Of a DNA stretch of 64,000 nucleotides, positions 36,718-50,349 are shown piece by piece. A program made the translations under genes and the position numbers. This DNA is from Acidimicrobiia bacterium (GTDB taxonomy: Bacteria > Actinomycetota > Acidimicrobiia > Acidimicrobiales > CADCSY01): NCBI GenBank assembly GCA_050249235.1, contig JBFWQW010000002.1:7936-71935 (forward strand), given 5' to 3'. The notes beneath the pieces are model-generated. The model saw nothing but the letters and a program-made list of their open reading frames with translations, was not told the origin of the DNA and ran no database searches. Every line of letters begins with the position of its first letter. The stretch's first letter is position 1.

Positions 36718-37155
36718 ATGTCCGAGGTACCGGAGCACGACCACAAGATCGACACAGGCAAGAGCGTCCTCTCCCTGGAGGAGCTCGGCGCCGTCCAGCC
36801 GGGCATGGCTCGGGTCATGCCCGAGATCGGCGCCCGGATCTGGAAGGCGTATTACGCCGGCAAGGCCAAGAACAAGGCCCTGGCCAAGTTCCAGGTGAAG
36901 GAGGCCGTCAACCTCATGGAGATGGGCGTCCTCCTGCGGCCGAAGTACGAAGAGAACATGTACAAGTTCATCGAGGAGGAGGTCGCCAAGCTGCAGGCGG
37001 CCATCGAGGCCGAGGACTGGGACGGCTTCGAGGCGGCCTTCGAGGCGATGGTCGACTCGGCGAACGCGTACCACGAGCTCTACGACAAGGGCTTCCTCCG
37101 CTGGAAGATCCCGTCGGAGCCGCCGCCCGACCTGGACATGACGCCCCGGGGCTGA
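36718..37155 (+). CDS. Hypothetical Lys/Glu-rich protein (145 aa)
   Basis: ATG 36718. The product is [79 protein letters not shown].... Codon bias is good, but I cannot assign a family. Confidence 0.6.
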   Translation: MSEVPEHDHKIDTGKSVLSLEELGAVQPGMARVMPEIGARIWKAYYAGKAKNKALAKFQVKEAVNLMEMGVLLRPKYEENMYKFIEEEVAKLQAAIEAEDWDGFEAAFEAMVDSANAYHELYDKGFLRWKIPSEPPPDLDMTPRG

Positions 37156-37176
37156 ACCCCGGGGCGGGAGGGGCGG

Positions 37177-39657
<2,481 letters not shown>

Positions 39658-39705
39658 GGTGCTCTCCTTGCCGACGAGGTCGGTCGGATCACGGGGTCGG
39701 TGGGC

Positions 39706-39771
39706 TCAGGGGATCGGGCGGGGTCAGGGATCGGGCGGCGTCAGGGAATCGGGCGGGGTCAGGGCCGCCGG
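39706..39771. repeat. 17/18-bp tandem repeat (3.5 units) in the hspR-clpB spacer
   Basis: The units are TCAGGGGATCGGGCGGGG, TCAGGGATCGGGCGGCG and TCAGGGAATCGGGCGGGG, followed by TCAGGGCCGCCGG. The last TCA is the hspR stop codon on the minus strand. Confidence 0.8.
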
Positions 39772-40172
39772 TCGGCGGCGGCGAAGGGCTCGACGACCTG
39801 GGAGAGCGGCACCAGGTCGCGCCGGTACTGGCGCCGGGTGCGGTCGACGGCCCGCCGGGACTCCTCGACCGTCGCGGCCAGCTCGCCCCGCAGCCGCTCG
39901 AGCTCGGCTTCGAGCGTGAGGACCCGCTTGACGCCGGCCAGGTTCAGTCCCTCGTTGGTGAGGTCGAGGATGCGCCGGAGCTGCATGATGTCGGCCTCGC
40001 TGTAGCGGCGGGAGCCGCCACCGGTCCGGGCCGGATCGACGAGCCCCTTGCGCTCGTAGATGCGGAGGGTCTGCGGGTGCACGCCGGCCAGCTCGGCCGC
40101 GACCGAGATGACGAACACGGCCTGGCGGGGATCACGCCCGGCGGGCTCGTTGGGTTCGCGTTCAGCTGCCAT
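39759..40172 (-). CDS. hspR: Heat-shock repressor HspR (MerR family)
   Basis: FVISVAAELAGVHPQTLRIYERKGLVDPARTGGGSRRYSEADI. It lies downstream of dnaJ, as in the actinobacterial dnaK operon. Confidence 0.9.
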   Translation of the reverse strand: MAAEREPNEPAGRDPRQAVFVISVAAELAGVHPQTLRIYERKGLVDPARTGGGSRRYSEADIMQLRRILDLTNEGLNLAGVKRVLTLEAELERLRGELAATVEESRRAVDRTRRQYRRDLVPLSQVVEPFAAADRRP

Positions 40173-40173
40173 G

Positions 40174-41301
40174 TCACACCCCCAGGTGCGTGCGCGGAGA
40201 GGTCGTCGACGCCGATCGGAGCGCCTCGACGGCCTGGCGCTCGTCGTCGGAGAGCGAGCCGGGCACGACCACCTCGACGGTGACGAGGAGGTCGCCGGTG
40301 CGCTTCGAGCGGGCCACGCCCCGGCCCTTCACCCGGAAGGTGCGGCCGGAGCGAGTGCCCGGCGGGACCCGGATCGTGACGGGGTCGCCGTCGAGGGTGG
40401 GCACGCTGATGTCGGCGCCCAGGGTGGCCTCCGGGAACGTGACCGGCACGTCGATGGTGAGGTCGTCGCCCCGCCGGCCGAAGAGGGGGTGGGGCGCCAC
40501 CTCGACCACGACGTAGAGGTCGCCGGGCGGGCCTCCGTTGCGGCCGGGCGAGCCCCGCTCCTTCATGCGGATGCGCTGGCCGTCCTCCACGCCGGCGGGG
40601 ATGCGCACCTTCACCGTCCGGGGCCGGCGCTCGACGCCTCGCCCGGCGCAGGTGGGGCACGGGTGCTCGACGACCACGCCCCGCCCGCCGCAGGACGGGC
40701 ACGGGCTCGAGAAGCTGAACGGGCCCTGGTTGTCGGCCACCACGCCCTGGCCCCGGCAGGTCGGGCAGGTGGTCGGCGCCGTCCCCGGCGCCGCGCCCGA
40801 GCCGTGGCAGGTGGCGCAGGGGGCGTCACCGACGAGGTTCACCGAGGTCGTGACGCCCCGGACGGCTTCGTCGAACGAGAGGTGCAGCGACGTCTCGAGA
40901 TCGCCGCCCCGCTGCGGGCCGCTGCCCCTCGACGGCCGGCCGCCCCGGCCGAACATGCCGCCGAACAGGTCGCCGAGGTCGCCGAGGTCCTCGGCCCGGA
41001 ACGTGGCGCCGCCCCGGCCGAAGCCGCCGAAGCCACCGGGACCGAAGCCTCCGCCCTGGCCGTTCCCGACCGGACCGAGGCGGCGGGCCTCGTCGTACTC
41101 GGCCCGCTTGTCGGCGTCGCCGAGGACGTCGTAGGCGGCCGCGATCTCCTTGAACCGGTCCTCGCGGCCGGGGTTGGCGTCGGGATGGTTCTCCTTCGCC
41201 AGCTTCCGGTAGGCGCGCGTGATCTCCTTCTGGGTCGCACCCGACGGCACGCCGAGCACGGCGTAGTAGTCCTTCTCGAACCACTCCCGCTGCGGCGCCA
41301 T
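40174..41301 (-). CDS. dnaJ: Molecular chaperone DnaJ
   Basis: It has a J domain (DYYAVLGV...HPD), a G/F region and four CxxCxG zinc motifs. Confidence 0.95.
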   Translation of the reverse strand: MAPQREWFEKDYYAVLGVPSGATQKEITRAYRKLAKENHPDANPGREDRFKEIAAAYDVLGDADKRAEYDEARRLGPVGNGQGGGFGPGGFGGFGRGGATFRAEDLGDLGDLFGGMFGRGGRPSRGSGPQRGGDLETSLHLSFDEAVRGVTTSVNLVGDAPCATCHGSGAAPGTAPTTCPTCRGQGVVADNQGPFSFSSPCPSCGGRGVVVEHPCPTCAGRGVERRPRTVKVRIPAGVEDGQRIRMKERGSPGRNGGPPGDLYVVVEVAPHPLFGRRGDDLTIDVPVTFPEATLGADISVPTLDGDPVTIRVPPGTRSGRTFRVKGRGVARSKRTGDLLVTVEVVVPGSLSDDERQAVEALRSASTTSPRTHLGV

Positions 41302-41309
41302 GGGCCCGC

Positions 41310-41900
41310 CTAGTCCCTGACCCGCACCATGACGGGCCGAAGGAGCCGGCTGCGCCAGCGGTAGCCGGCCCGGAGCGTCTCGGCGACGAGGGGCTCGCCC
41401 CCGTCGCCCGGTTCGTGGGCGACGGCCTCGTGCTCGGTGGGGTCGAAGGGGCCGCCCAGCGGGTCGAGGCGCTCGAGGCCCTCCTTGGCCAGCTGGCCGA
41501 GCAGCTGGTCACGGAGCGCGGCCACGGCGTCGGCGTCCGGCCCGGGCTCCCCACCGCCGTCCGCGCCCGCGGCCCGGTGGGCCGCGGCGTAGTCGAAGGC
41601 GTCGAGCACGGGCAGGACCGATTCGACGAGGCGACCGGACTCACGGGCCACGTCGTCGGCGAGCTGGCGGGCGGCCCGCTTGCGGAAGTTCTCGAACTCG
41701 GCCTGGGTGCGCTGGGCCACGCCGAGGAGCTCGTCGCGCTCAGCGGTGACCCGCTCGAGGTCGGCCAGCAGCTCCTCGAGCGTGAGGCCGGGCTCGGCCG
41801 GGAGGTCGCCGGACGGCGCGGCGAAGCCGTCGTCGCGCTCGCCGTCGGCCGGCACCGTCGCCGGCCCGTCGCCGGCCGGATCGAACGCATCCGTCGTCAC
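41310..41900 (-). CDS. grpE: Nucleotide exchange factor GrpE
   Basis: GTG 41900 lies just after the dnaK stop. The sequence includes RTQAEFENFRKRAARQ and VLPVLDAFD. Confidence 0.9.
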   Translation of the reverse strand: MTTDAFDPAGDGPATVPADGERDDGFAAPSGDLPAEPGLTLEELLADLERVTAERDELLGVAQRTQAEFENFRKRAARQLADDVARESGRLVESVLPVLDAFDYAAAHRAAGADGGGEPGPDADAVAALRDQLLGQLAKEGLERLDPLGGPFDPTEHEAVAHEPGDGGEPLVAETLRAGYRWRSRLLRPVMVRVRD

Positions 41901-41901
41901 G

Positions 41902-43740
<1,839 letters not shown>

Positions 43741-43786
43741 GTTCGCTGCCTCCTGCGACTCGCGGGTTGGAGGCAGGGTAGCGGTC

Positions 43787-46447
43787 CTACAGCGATGTTG
43801 ACACCCAACTTGAGTCTTTCTCCATCAAGTTTTCGTCCAACCAGGCCATCACTTCGCTGGCCGGCCCCGGCCTGGCGAAGTGGAAGCCCTGGGCGTAGCG
43901 GCAGCCCAGGCCCCGGAGCCGCTCGGCCTGGCCCGGTGTCTCGATGCCCTCCGCCACGACCGTCAGGCCGAGGCGCTCGCCGAGGGCGAGCACCGCCTCC
44001 ACCACCGCGTCGTCGGGGTCGGTGCGCTGGGGGTCGACGAAGCTCCGGTCGATCTTCAGCTCGTCGACCGGCAGCGACCGCAGGCGCCCGAGCGACGAGT
44101 AGCCGGCGCCGAAGTCGTCGACCGACAGGCGCACGCCGATGGACCGGAGCCGGTGCAGCGTCGTCTCCGTGTCCGCGTCGTCGGCCAGCGCGCCCTCGGT
44201 GATCTCCAACGTGAGCAGGCCGGGGGCCAGACCGCAGCGGAGCGCGGCCTCGACCGTTGCGCACAGCGCCGAGTCCTGGAGCTGGCGGGTGGAGAGGTTC
44301 ACCGACACCCCGACCGGGGGGCCGTCCGGCCGGTGGGCCTGCCAGGCCAGGGCGGCCGCGCAGGCCTCGGTCAGGACGCGGGCCCCGAGGGGCACGATCA
44401 GGCTCGAGTCCTCGGCCACGCCGATGAACTCGCCCGGGGCGATGAGACCGCCGAAGCCGTCCGGCAGGCGGGCCAGGGCCTCGAAGCCGACGGCCCGGCC
44501 GGTGCCCAGCTCGACGATGGGCTGGTAATGCACGACGACGCTCCCGTCGAGCACGCAGGCCTGGAGCCGCTCCTCGACCGCCCGGCGCCGCATGACGGCG
44601 TCGTGCATGTCGGAGGTGAAGCGCTCGACCCGGCCCCGACCCCGCTTCTTCGCCACGTACATGGCCACGTCGGCATCGCGGATCAGGTCCTCGGCGGCGC
44701 CACCCTCGTGGAGCGAGGCCACCCCGATCGACCCGCCGCAGTGGACCGCCCGGCCGCGGACGGGAAGCGCCGTCTCGAGGCCGGCGAGGACCCGCTCGGC
44801 GAGCGTGGCCGCGGCCTCGCCGCCCGGATCGTGGGGCAGCAGCACGGCGAACTCGTCCCCGCCGAGCCGGGCGACCAGGTCGTGGGGCCTCGTGCAGGCC
44901 CGCAACCGACCGGCCACGGCGACGAGCACCTCGTCGCCGAGCTGGTGCCCGGCGGTGTCGTTGATCGCCTTGAACTCGTCGAGGTCGAGCAGGAGCAGCG
45001 AGGGCCGGGCACCCCGGCGCAGCGTAGCGTCGAGCTCCTCGGCCAGCCGGGCCCGGTTGGCGAGCCCGGTGAGGCTGTCGTGGTAGGCCTGCTGGAGGAG
45101 CCGGGCCTCGAAGGCCCGACGCTCCGTGACGTCGCGGAAGGTGGCGAGCAGGGAGCCCTCGCCCGTCCCCACCTTCACCGGCGTGAGCTTGGCCTCGATG
45201 GGGCACCAGGTCCCGTCGGCCCGGCGGAGGCGGAGGTCGCAGCCGCCGGCACGGGTCGCGTCCGGCCCGGGGTCCAGCGCGGCGGCCACCCGCTCGCGGT
45301 CGGCGGGGTGCACCTCGTCGATGAGCAGGGCGCCCACCAGCGACTCGGGGTCGCGGCCCAGCACCTCCTCGACCGAGGAGCTGACGTAGCCGAGCCGCCC
45401 GCCGGCGTCGACGATGGCGATCACGTCGGAGATGCGCTGGAGGATCGTGCGCAGGTCGCTCTCCCGGCGGCGCAGCTCGTCGGTGCGCTCGGCCACCCGG
45501 GCCTCGAGGGTCTGGGTGAGCCGGCCGTTCTCGTGGACGCTCAGCAGCTGGCGGGCGACGAGCACGAGCGAGATGGCGGTCACCGCCAGGACCTCCCACC
45601 GCCGCAGGTCGCCGATGTTGGCGACCGCGAGGAACAGGGCCACGACCACGGGCGGGTAGGGGACGGTGAGCTCCCAGCCGGGCGGTGCGGCCAGGACCGC
45701 GTCCTCGGTGGTCGAGCTGGTGGCGAGCGCGCCCAGCCCCACGAGCAGGTACCCGGTCACCCACAGCAGGTCGACGAGCTGGCCCCCGGCGAAGCCGCCG
45801 GTGGCCTCGTGGTAGGCCCAGACGGAGTCGGCCACGGCGACCGTGAACAGGCCGGCCGCCCGGTAGGTCCACGGTCCCCGCGCCGACGGGGGGAGCCGCA
45901 CCATGACCACCAGGCAGAGGGACGCGGCGAGCGACCCCAGCACCGGATAGACCCAGACGATCGACGTCCGGTCGGCGTGGGACAGCAGGAGCACCCAGAG
46001 GACCCAGGAGACGGAACCGCCGAGCAGGACGCAGTCGAGGGCGGTGCGCAGGGCGGTGGCCCCGTTGACGAGGGCCCGCATCCGGGTGCCGGCCCCGACG
46101 ACGGCCGCCACCAGGGCCAACGTGTAGAAGGGATCGGCGGGCGAGGGGGTGGGGACCCGGTCGCCGAGCACCAGCTCGTAGGAGGCCCAGATGAGGTTGG
46201 CGCCGAGCCACGCCGCCGGCACGAGGACGAAGACCGAGCTGGCCAGCCGGGCGCTGCGCTCGCCCCGGGTGTCGCGTCTGGCGAGGCTCCACACCAGCGC
46301 CACGGCCGGCGCCAGCACCCAGGCGACGTCGCTCACGTCCCGCTGCGCCCGCCCGGAGGACTGCGGCAGGAGGTACCAGACCGCCAGCACCACGAGGAGC
46401 GCGAGCACCGTCCGCCTGGCGCGGACGAGCGACGGGCGCAGGAGCAT
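43787..46447 (-). CDS. Membrane-anchored PAS-GGDEF-EAL c-di-GMP signalling protein
   Basis: ATG 46447 (MLLRPSLV...). The protein has about 9 N-terminal TM helices, a PAS-like segment, a GGDEF domain ([11 protein letters not shown]) and an EAL domain ([18 protein letters not shown]). Confidence 0.85.
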   Translation of the reverse strand: MLLRPSLVRARRTVLALLVVLAVWYLLPQSSGRAQRDVSDVAWVLAPAVALVWSLARRDTRGERSARLASSVFVLVPAAWLGANLIWASYELVLGDRVPTPSPADPFYTLALVAAVVGAGTRMRALVNGATALRTALDCVLLGGSVSWVLWVLLLSHADRTSIVWVYPVLGSLAASLCLVVMVRLPPSARGPWTYRAAGLFTVAVADSVWAYHEATGGFAGGQLVDLLWVTGYLLVGLGALATSSTTEDAVLAAPPGWELTVPYPPVVVALFLAVANIGDLRRWEVLAVTAISLVLVARQLLSVHENGRLTQTLEARVAERTDELRRRESDLRTILQRISDVIAIVDAGGRLGYVSSSVEEVLGRDPESLVGALLIDEVHPADRERVAAALDPGPDATRAGGCDLRLRRADGTWCPIEAKLTPVKVGTGEGSLLATFRDVTERRAFEARLLQQAYHDSLTGLANRARLAEELDATLRRGARPSLLLLDLDEFKAINDTAGHQLGDEVLVAVAGRLRACTRPHDLVARLGGDEFAVLLPHDPGGEAAATLAERVLAGLETALPVRGRAVHCGGSIGVASLHEGGAAEDLIRDADVAMYVAKKRGRGRVERFTSDMHDAVMRRRAVEERLQACVLDGSVVVHYQPIVELGTGRAVGFEALARLPDGFGGLIAPGEFIGVAEDSSLIVPLGARVLTEACAAALAWQAHRPDGPPVGVSVNLSTRQLQDSALCATVEAALRCGLAPGLLTLEITEGALADDADTETTLHRLRSIGVRLSVDDFGAGYSSLGRLRSLPVDELKIDRSFVDPQRTDPDDAVVEAVLALGERLGLTVVAEGIETPGQAERLRGLGCRYAQGFHFARPGPASEVMAWLDENLMEKDSSWVSTSL
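43809..43829. promoter_or_regulatory. HspR-associated inverted repeat (HAIR) upstream of dnaK
   Basis: CTTGAGT-N7-CATCAAG compared with the consensus CTTGAGT-N7-ACTCAAG: one half-site is perfect and the other has 2 mismatches. It lies 69-89 nt upstream of the dnaK ATG. Confidence 0.6.
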
Positions 46448-46559
46448 GCTCCACCATCGGCACCTCGGCACCGGCCCTGAATCACCCGGCGCCGAACCAG
46501 GGCGGTGTCCGCGGCCGCCACACCAGGTGCGGCTGGCGGCCCGGTACGGTGCCGGACCG

Positions 46560-47315
46560 ATGGCAGCCAACCTCGTGCTCGTCCGCCACGGCCAGAGCCT
46601 CTGGAACGAGCTGAACCTCTTCACCGGTTGGCACGACGTCGATCTCACCCGGAAGGGCGAGGACGAGGCCCGCCACGCCGGCCGGCTGCTGGCCGACGCC
46701 GGCCTCGAGGTCGACGTCGTCCACACCTCGCTCCAGCTCCGCGCCATCCGCACCGCCGACCTGGCCCTCGAGGCCTGCGGGCGGCTGTGGATCCCGGTGC
46801 GGCGGTCGTGGCGGCTGAACGAGCGCCACTACGGCGACCTGCAGGGGAAGGACAAGGCCGAGACCACGCGCCAGTACGGAGAGGACCAGGTGAAGGTGTG
46901 GCGGCGCTCGTACGACGTCCCGCCGCCCCCGGTCGGGCCCGACGACGAGCGCCACCCCCGCTTCGACCCCCGCTACGCCGACCTGGCCCCCGACCTGCTG
47001 CCCGCCACGGAGTGCCTGGCCGACGTCGTCGACCGGATGCTCCCCTACTGGTACGACGCCATCTGCCCCGACCTCCGAGCCGGCCGGCGGGTGATGGTGG
47101 CCGCCCACGGCAACAGCCTGCGGGCCCTGGTGAAGCACCTCGACCGCATCGCCGACGACGACATCGCCGAGCTCAACATCCCGACCGGGATCCCCCTCGC
47201 CTACGACCTCGACGAGGCCTTCCGGCCCCGCTCGAGCAGGTACCTCGATCCCGAGGCGGCCGCCGCCGGCGCGGCCGCCGTGGCTGCCCAGGCCACCGCC
47301 GCCCCGCCGGCCTGA
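46560..47315 (+). CDS. gpmA: 2,3-bisphosphoglycerate-dependent phosphoglycerate mutase
   Basis: ATG 46560. The sequence includes [32 protein letters not shown] and [10 protein letters not shown]. Confidence 0.9.
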   Translation: MAANLVLVRHGQSLWNELNLFTGWHDVDLTRKGEDEARHAGRLLADAGLEVDVVHTSLQLRAIRTADLALEACGRLWIPVRRSWRLNERHYGDLQGKDKAETTRQYGEDQVKVWRRSYDVPPPPVGPDDERHPRFDPRYADLAPDLLPATECLADVVDRMLPYWYDAICPDLRAGRRVMVAAHGNSLRALVKHLDRIADDDIAELNIPTGIPLAYDLDEAFRPRSSRYLDPEAAAAGAAAVAAQATAAPPA

Positions 47316-47351
47316 CACCGCTCCCGGGCGGGCGCCGGTGGCCGGCGTGGC

Positions 47352-49157
47352 TCAGCGCCGGCGGTTGGTGGCGTCGAGGACGGCCCGGGCCACAGCGTCG
47401 AGCCGGTTGCCCCCGCGGACCGGCGCCGAGCCGGTGACCATGTCGTCGACCGAACCCGCCGCGACGACGACCCCGACCACGGCCACCTCGCCCCCGGCCG
47501 ACGACAGCACGTCGGCGAACTCGACCCCGAGGCCGGGCCCGCCGCCATCCCCGAGGGCGTCGAGGCCCCGGGCGGTGGCCTCGGCGACCAGGCGCTGGGT
47601 GCCCGCCCGCGACGCCATCCCCTCCGCCCGACCGGTGACGATCCGGTGCCCGTGGCGCAGCTCGACCTCGACGGAGAAGGTCGACCCCTCCTGGGCGGCC
47701 GTGACCCTGGCGAGCACCGGCCGGAGCCCGGCGGTGGGCGGCGCCGAGGCGACCGGCGGGGCCGGCTCCGGCTGGGCTGGTGGCGCCGAGGCGACCGGCT
47801 GGGCTGGTGGCGCCGAGGCGGCCGGCGGGGCTGACGGCGCCGAGGCGGCCGGCGGGGCCGGTGGCTCGGGCGGGAGGGTCCGGGCCGCCTCGGCCGGGGC
47901 CCCCGGGCGCAGGACGCGGGTCTCGGCCGTCGAGCCGAGCGGCATGACCCGGAGGTCGACCACCTCGGGCACGGCCCCGGCCACCGCCTGGATCCGGTCG
48001 AGGATGGCCTCGGGCAGCTGCTCGGTGTCCGTGGCCGGGCGGACCAGCACGCCGACGTGCAGGCGGCCGGTCTCGTCGCTCACCCGGGCCGCCAGCACGT
48101 CGGGGAGCTCGTACAGACGCTCCTCGATCTCGCGCTCGGGCCAGGCCATCGAGGCGATCCTACGAACGGGCCCGGTCGGCGCCGGGGAGCCCCCGGCCGT
48201 CGGCTCGGAGCCCTCGCCGTCCGGTCCACCGTCCATCGCCGCCACGTCGGTCGCACCGGTTCGAGGCCGCACCGAGCGTCCGGGGTCGCCGCCCCGGGTG
48301 CGGCGGCGCTGGTCGAGGAGCTGCTGGTCGGCGGCGTCGACGAGCTGCTCGAGCCCGAGGCCGTCGTCCGGGAAGCCGGCCACGCCGTAGCTGAAGGACG
48401 GGGCCTGGCCGATGGTCCGGTCGAGCAGCGGCCCCACGTCGGCGGGCCGTGTCTCGGGGAGCACGAGCACGAACTCGTCGCCGCCGACGCGGTACACGGC
48501 GTCACCGGACCGGAGGTGGCGGCTGACGGCGGTCGCCAGGCGGCGGATGGCGTCGTCGCCGGCGGCGTGGCCCTCGGAGTCGTTCACCCGCTTGAGGCCG
48601 TCCATGTCGATCACGATCACGCTGAGCGGGCGGCCGTGGCGCTGGGCCGTGGCCAGCAGCGGCGAGGTGTCGCGGTCGAGCGCCCGCCGGTTGCCGACGC
48701 CGGTCAGCGGGTCGAGGAAGGCCGCCGCCTCGAGCCGGCGGAAGGCCCGCTCGCTGACGGCGACGAGCAGGACGTCGACCAGCCGCCCGAGCACCTCGAG
48801 GGCCGGCATGGCGTCGGCGGGGTCGAGCTCGGCCAGGAGGTGGCGGTGCAGGATCTCCCGGAAGGCCGCCATCTGCTCGACCGACACGGCCGCCTCGTGG
48901 TCGAAGTCGAGTGGCGAGCGAAGGACCGCCACCGCCTCGGCCGACCCGGGGTCGGCCAGCCGGAGCGCGTCGGCGACCGCGGCCACGAACGAGCGGGCCA
49001 CCGAGGGCGCCGGGGGCGAGCCGGGGCAGGTCTCGGCGCAGCGCTCCCGCCACGCCGCGGCGAGGGTGGGCGTGTCCCGGCTCAGCACCTCGGCGGCCCG
49101 GTCCGGACCGGTCACGGCCGGCGCCGGGCGGGGAGGCGGGTCGAGGGTCCCGTGCAC
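47352..49157 (-). CDS. GGDEF-domain protein with a Pro/Ala repeat linker and an unassigned C-terminal region
   Basis: The GGDEF core is DPLTGVGNRRAL...RVGGDEFVL. It is followed by about 330 aa with no motif I recognise and a PA-rich repeat. The GTG 49157 start is uncertain. Confidence 0.75.
   Translation of the reverse strand: MHGTLDPPPRPAPAVTGPDRAAEVLSRDTPTLAAAWRERCAETCPGSPPAPSVARSFVAAVADALRLADPGSAEAVAVLRSPLDFDHEAAVSVEQMAAFREILHRHLLAELDPADAMPALEVLGRLVDVLLVAVSERAFRRLEAAAFLDPLTGVGNRRALDRDTSPLLATAQRHGRPLSVIVIDMDGLKRVNDSEGHAAGDDAIRRLATAVSRHLRSGDAVYRVGGDEFVLVLPETRPADVGPLLDRTIGQAPSFSYGVAGFPDDGLGLEQLVDAADQQLLDQRRRTRGGDPGRSVRPRTGATDVAAMDGGPDGEGSEPTAGGSPAPTGPVRRIASMAWPEREIEERLYELPDVLAARVSDETGRLHVGVLVRPATDTEQLPEAILDRIQAVAGAVPEVVDLRVMPLGSTAETRVLRPGAPAEAARTLPPEPPAPPAASAPSAPPAASAPPAQPVASAPPAQPEPAPPVASAPPTAGLRPVLARVTAAQEGSTFSVEVELRHGHRIVTGRAEGMASRAGTQRLVAEATARGLDALGDGGGPGLGVEFADVLSSAGGEVAVVGVVVAAGSVDDMVTGSAPVRGGNRLDAVARAVLDATNRRR
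47740..47862. repeat. In-frame 27-bp tandem repeat (about 4 units) inside the GGDEF gene
   Basis: The unit GGCGCCGAGGCG(A/G)CCGGC(G/T)GGGC... recurs four times, and the first unit carries a 15-nt insertion. It encodes SAPPAQPVA / SAPPAASAP-type units on the minus strand. Confidence 0.8.
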
Positions 49158-49315
49158 CCACCGGCGGGGGGACCGAGGTCGCCGCGCCGGCCGGGGATCA
49201 CGGGTGGTACCTTCGCCACCGCTGGTGGTGGTCCTGCTTTCGGCGGGCGGGAACGTGACGCCGGTGCGCTCGGGCCGGGGGGAACCCCCTGTCCTGCCGC
49301 CGAACTTGGACGGAG

Positions 49316-49717
49316 ATGGCCCTCACACCGGACGAGATCCGATCTCGGGAGTTCCACCTCGCCGACCGGGGCTACGACCGCGCCGAGGTGCAGGCCTTCC
49401 TCGCCCGGCTCGCCGACGAGGTCGGCGACGGTGCGGCCCTGCCGTGGGCGGAGGCGGAGGAGCGGCTGCTCCTCGTCCTCGACGCGGCCCGGCGGGCCGT
49501 CGAGACCGTCCGCGAGGAGGCGTCCCGCGCCCTGCGGGCGGTGGGCGACCGGGCCGCCGAGGTCGCGGTCGCGCCCGAGCCGACCCCTCCCGCGGGCGCC
49601 GACCTCGACGACCTCCGCCACCGGCTGGCGGCGGCGCTCGAGGACGTCGAGTCCGCGCTCGGTGCCATCGACCCGGGCGATCAGCGGACGGAGCCCTCGA
49701 CCAGGCCCAGCTCGTAG
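49316..49717 (+). CDS. DivIVA-domain protein
   Basis: The N-terminus LTPDEIRSREFHLADRGYDRAEVQAFLARLADEV is the DivIVA signature, and the RBS is GGACGGAG. The 3' end overlaps the convergent LuxR gene by 37 nt. Confidence 0.7.
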   Translation: MALTPDEIRSREFHLADRGYDRAEVQAFLARLADEVGDGAALPWAEAEERLLLVLDAARRAVETVREEASRALRAVGDRAAEVAVAPEPTPPAGADLDDLRHRLAAALEDVESALGAIDPGDQRTEPSTRPSS

Positions 49718-50349
49718 GCACGGGCGATGGCTTGGGGCCGGTTCCTGGCCCCGAGCTTGCGGAAGAGGCGGCTCTGGAGGTTCTGCACCGTCTTCGGGGT
49801 GATCCCGAGCCCGACCGCCGTCTCCCGAGCCGTCTCGCCCTGCTCGATCGAGCGGAGGATCTCGGTCTCCCGGCGAGTGAGGGTCGGCGCTGCGTCGGCG
49901 GCCACCTTCCCGGCTCGGAGCCGGTCGACCACGAGGCGGGCCTGGCCGGCCACGAGGAAGGGGTTGCCGATGCCGACGACGCGGACGGCGGCGAGGAGCC
50001 GCTCGACCTCGACGCCGGCGTGGAGCACGGCGTCGGCCCCCCCCACCAGCAGCTGCATCGTCCGGTCGTCGGAGGGCGGGCCGTCGAGCATCACCACGAT
50101 CCGGGCGTCGAGGGACTGCGCGCCGCGCCAGTCCTCGGGGGTGGGCTCGACGAGGACGGCGACGACGATGGGCGGGCCGGCGTCGTCGGGCAGCGCCTCG
50201 AGGCGGACGAGGTCGACGACGTCGAGGCCTCCGGTTCGCAGCAGGATCTCGACCGCCTCCCGCTCCACTCCGGCCCGGCCGAGCACGACGACCGCGGCCG
50301 GCACGGCCGGCGCCCCGGCCGGGCTCCCTCCCGTCGAGACGTCGGTCAT
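49681..50349 (-). CDS. LuxR-family regulator with a degenerate receiver-like domain
   Basis: The C-terminal HTH is LTRRETEILRSIEQGETARETAVGLGITPKTVQNLQSRLFRKLGA. The N-terminal domain is receiver-like but lacks the DD pair, the phospho-Asp and the Lys. Confidence 0.75.
   Translation of the reverse strand: MTDVSTGGSPAGAPAVPAAVVVLGRAGVEREAVEILLRTGGLDVVDLVRLEALPDDAGPPIVVAVLVEPTPEDWRGAQSLDARIVVMLDGPPSDDRTMQLLVGGADAVLHAGVEVERLLAAVRVVGIGNPFLVAGQARLVVDRLRAGKVAADAAPTLTRRETEILRSIEQGETARETAVGLGITPKTVQNLQSRLFRKLGARNRPQAIARAYELGLVEGSVR

Noticed and set aside
39658-39758. A HAIR (CTTGAGT-N7-ACTCAAG) operator expected upstream of clpB
   Set aside because: I scanned the spacer and found no half-site. Only the 17/18-bp tandem repeats are present.
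46485-46496. Further degenerate copies of the 44-bp element (CCCGGCGCCGAA 12-mer here; GCGCCCGGAACGGA near 35370-35385; CGCTCGGGCC near 49270)
   Set aside because: The matches are 10-14 nt without colinear flanks. They need a genome-wide statistical search before being called copies.
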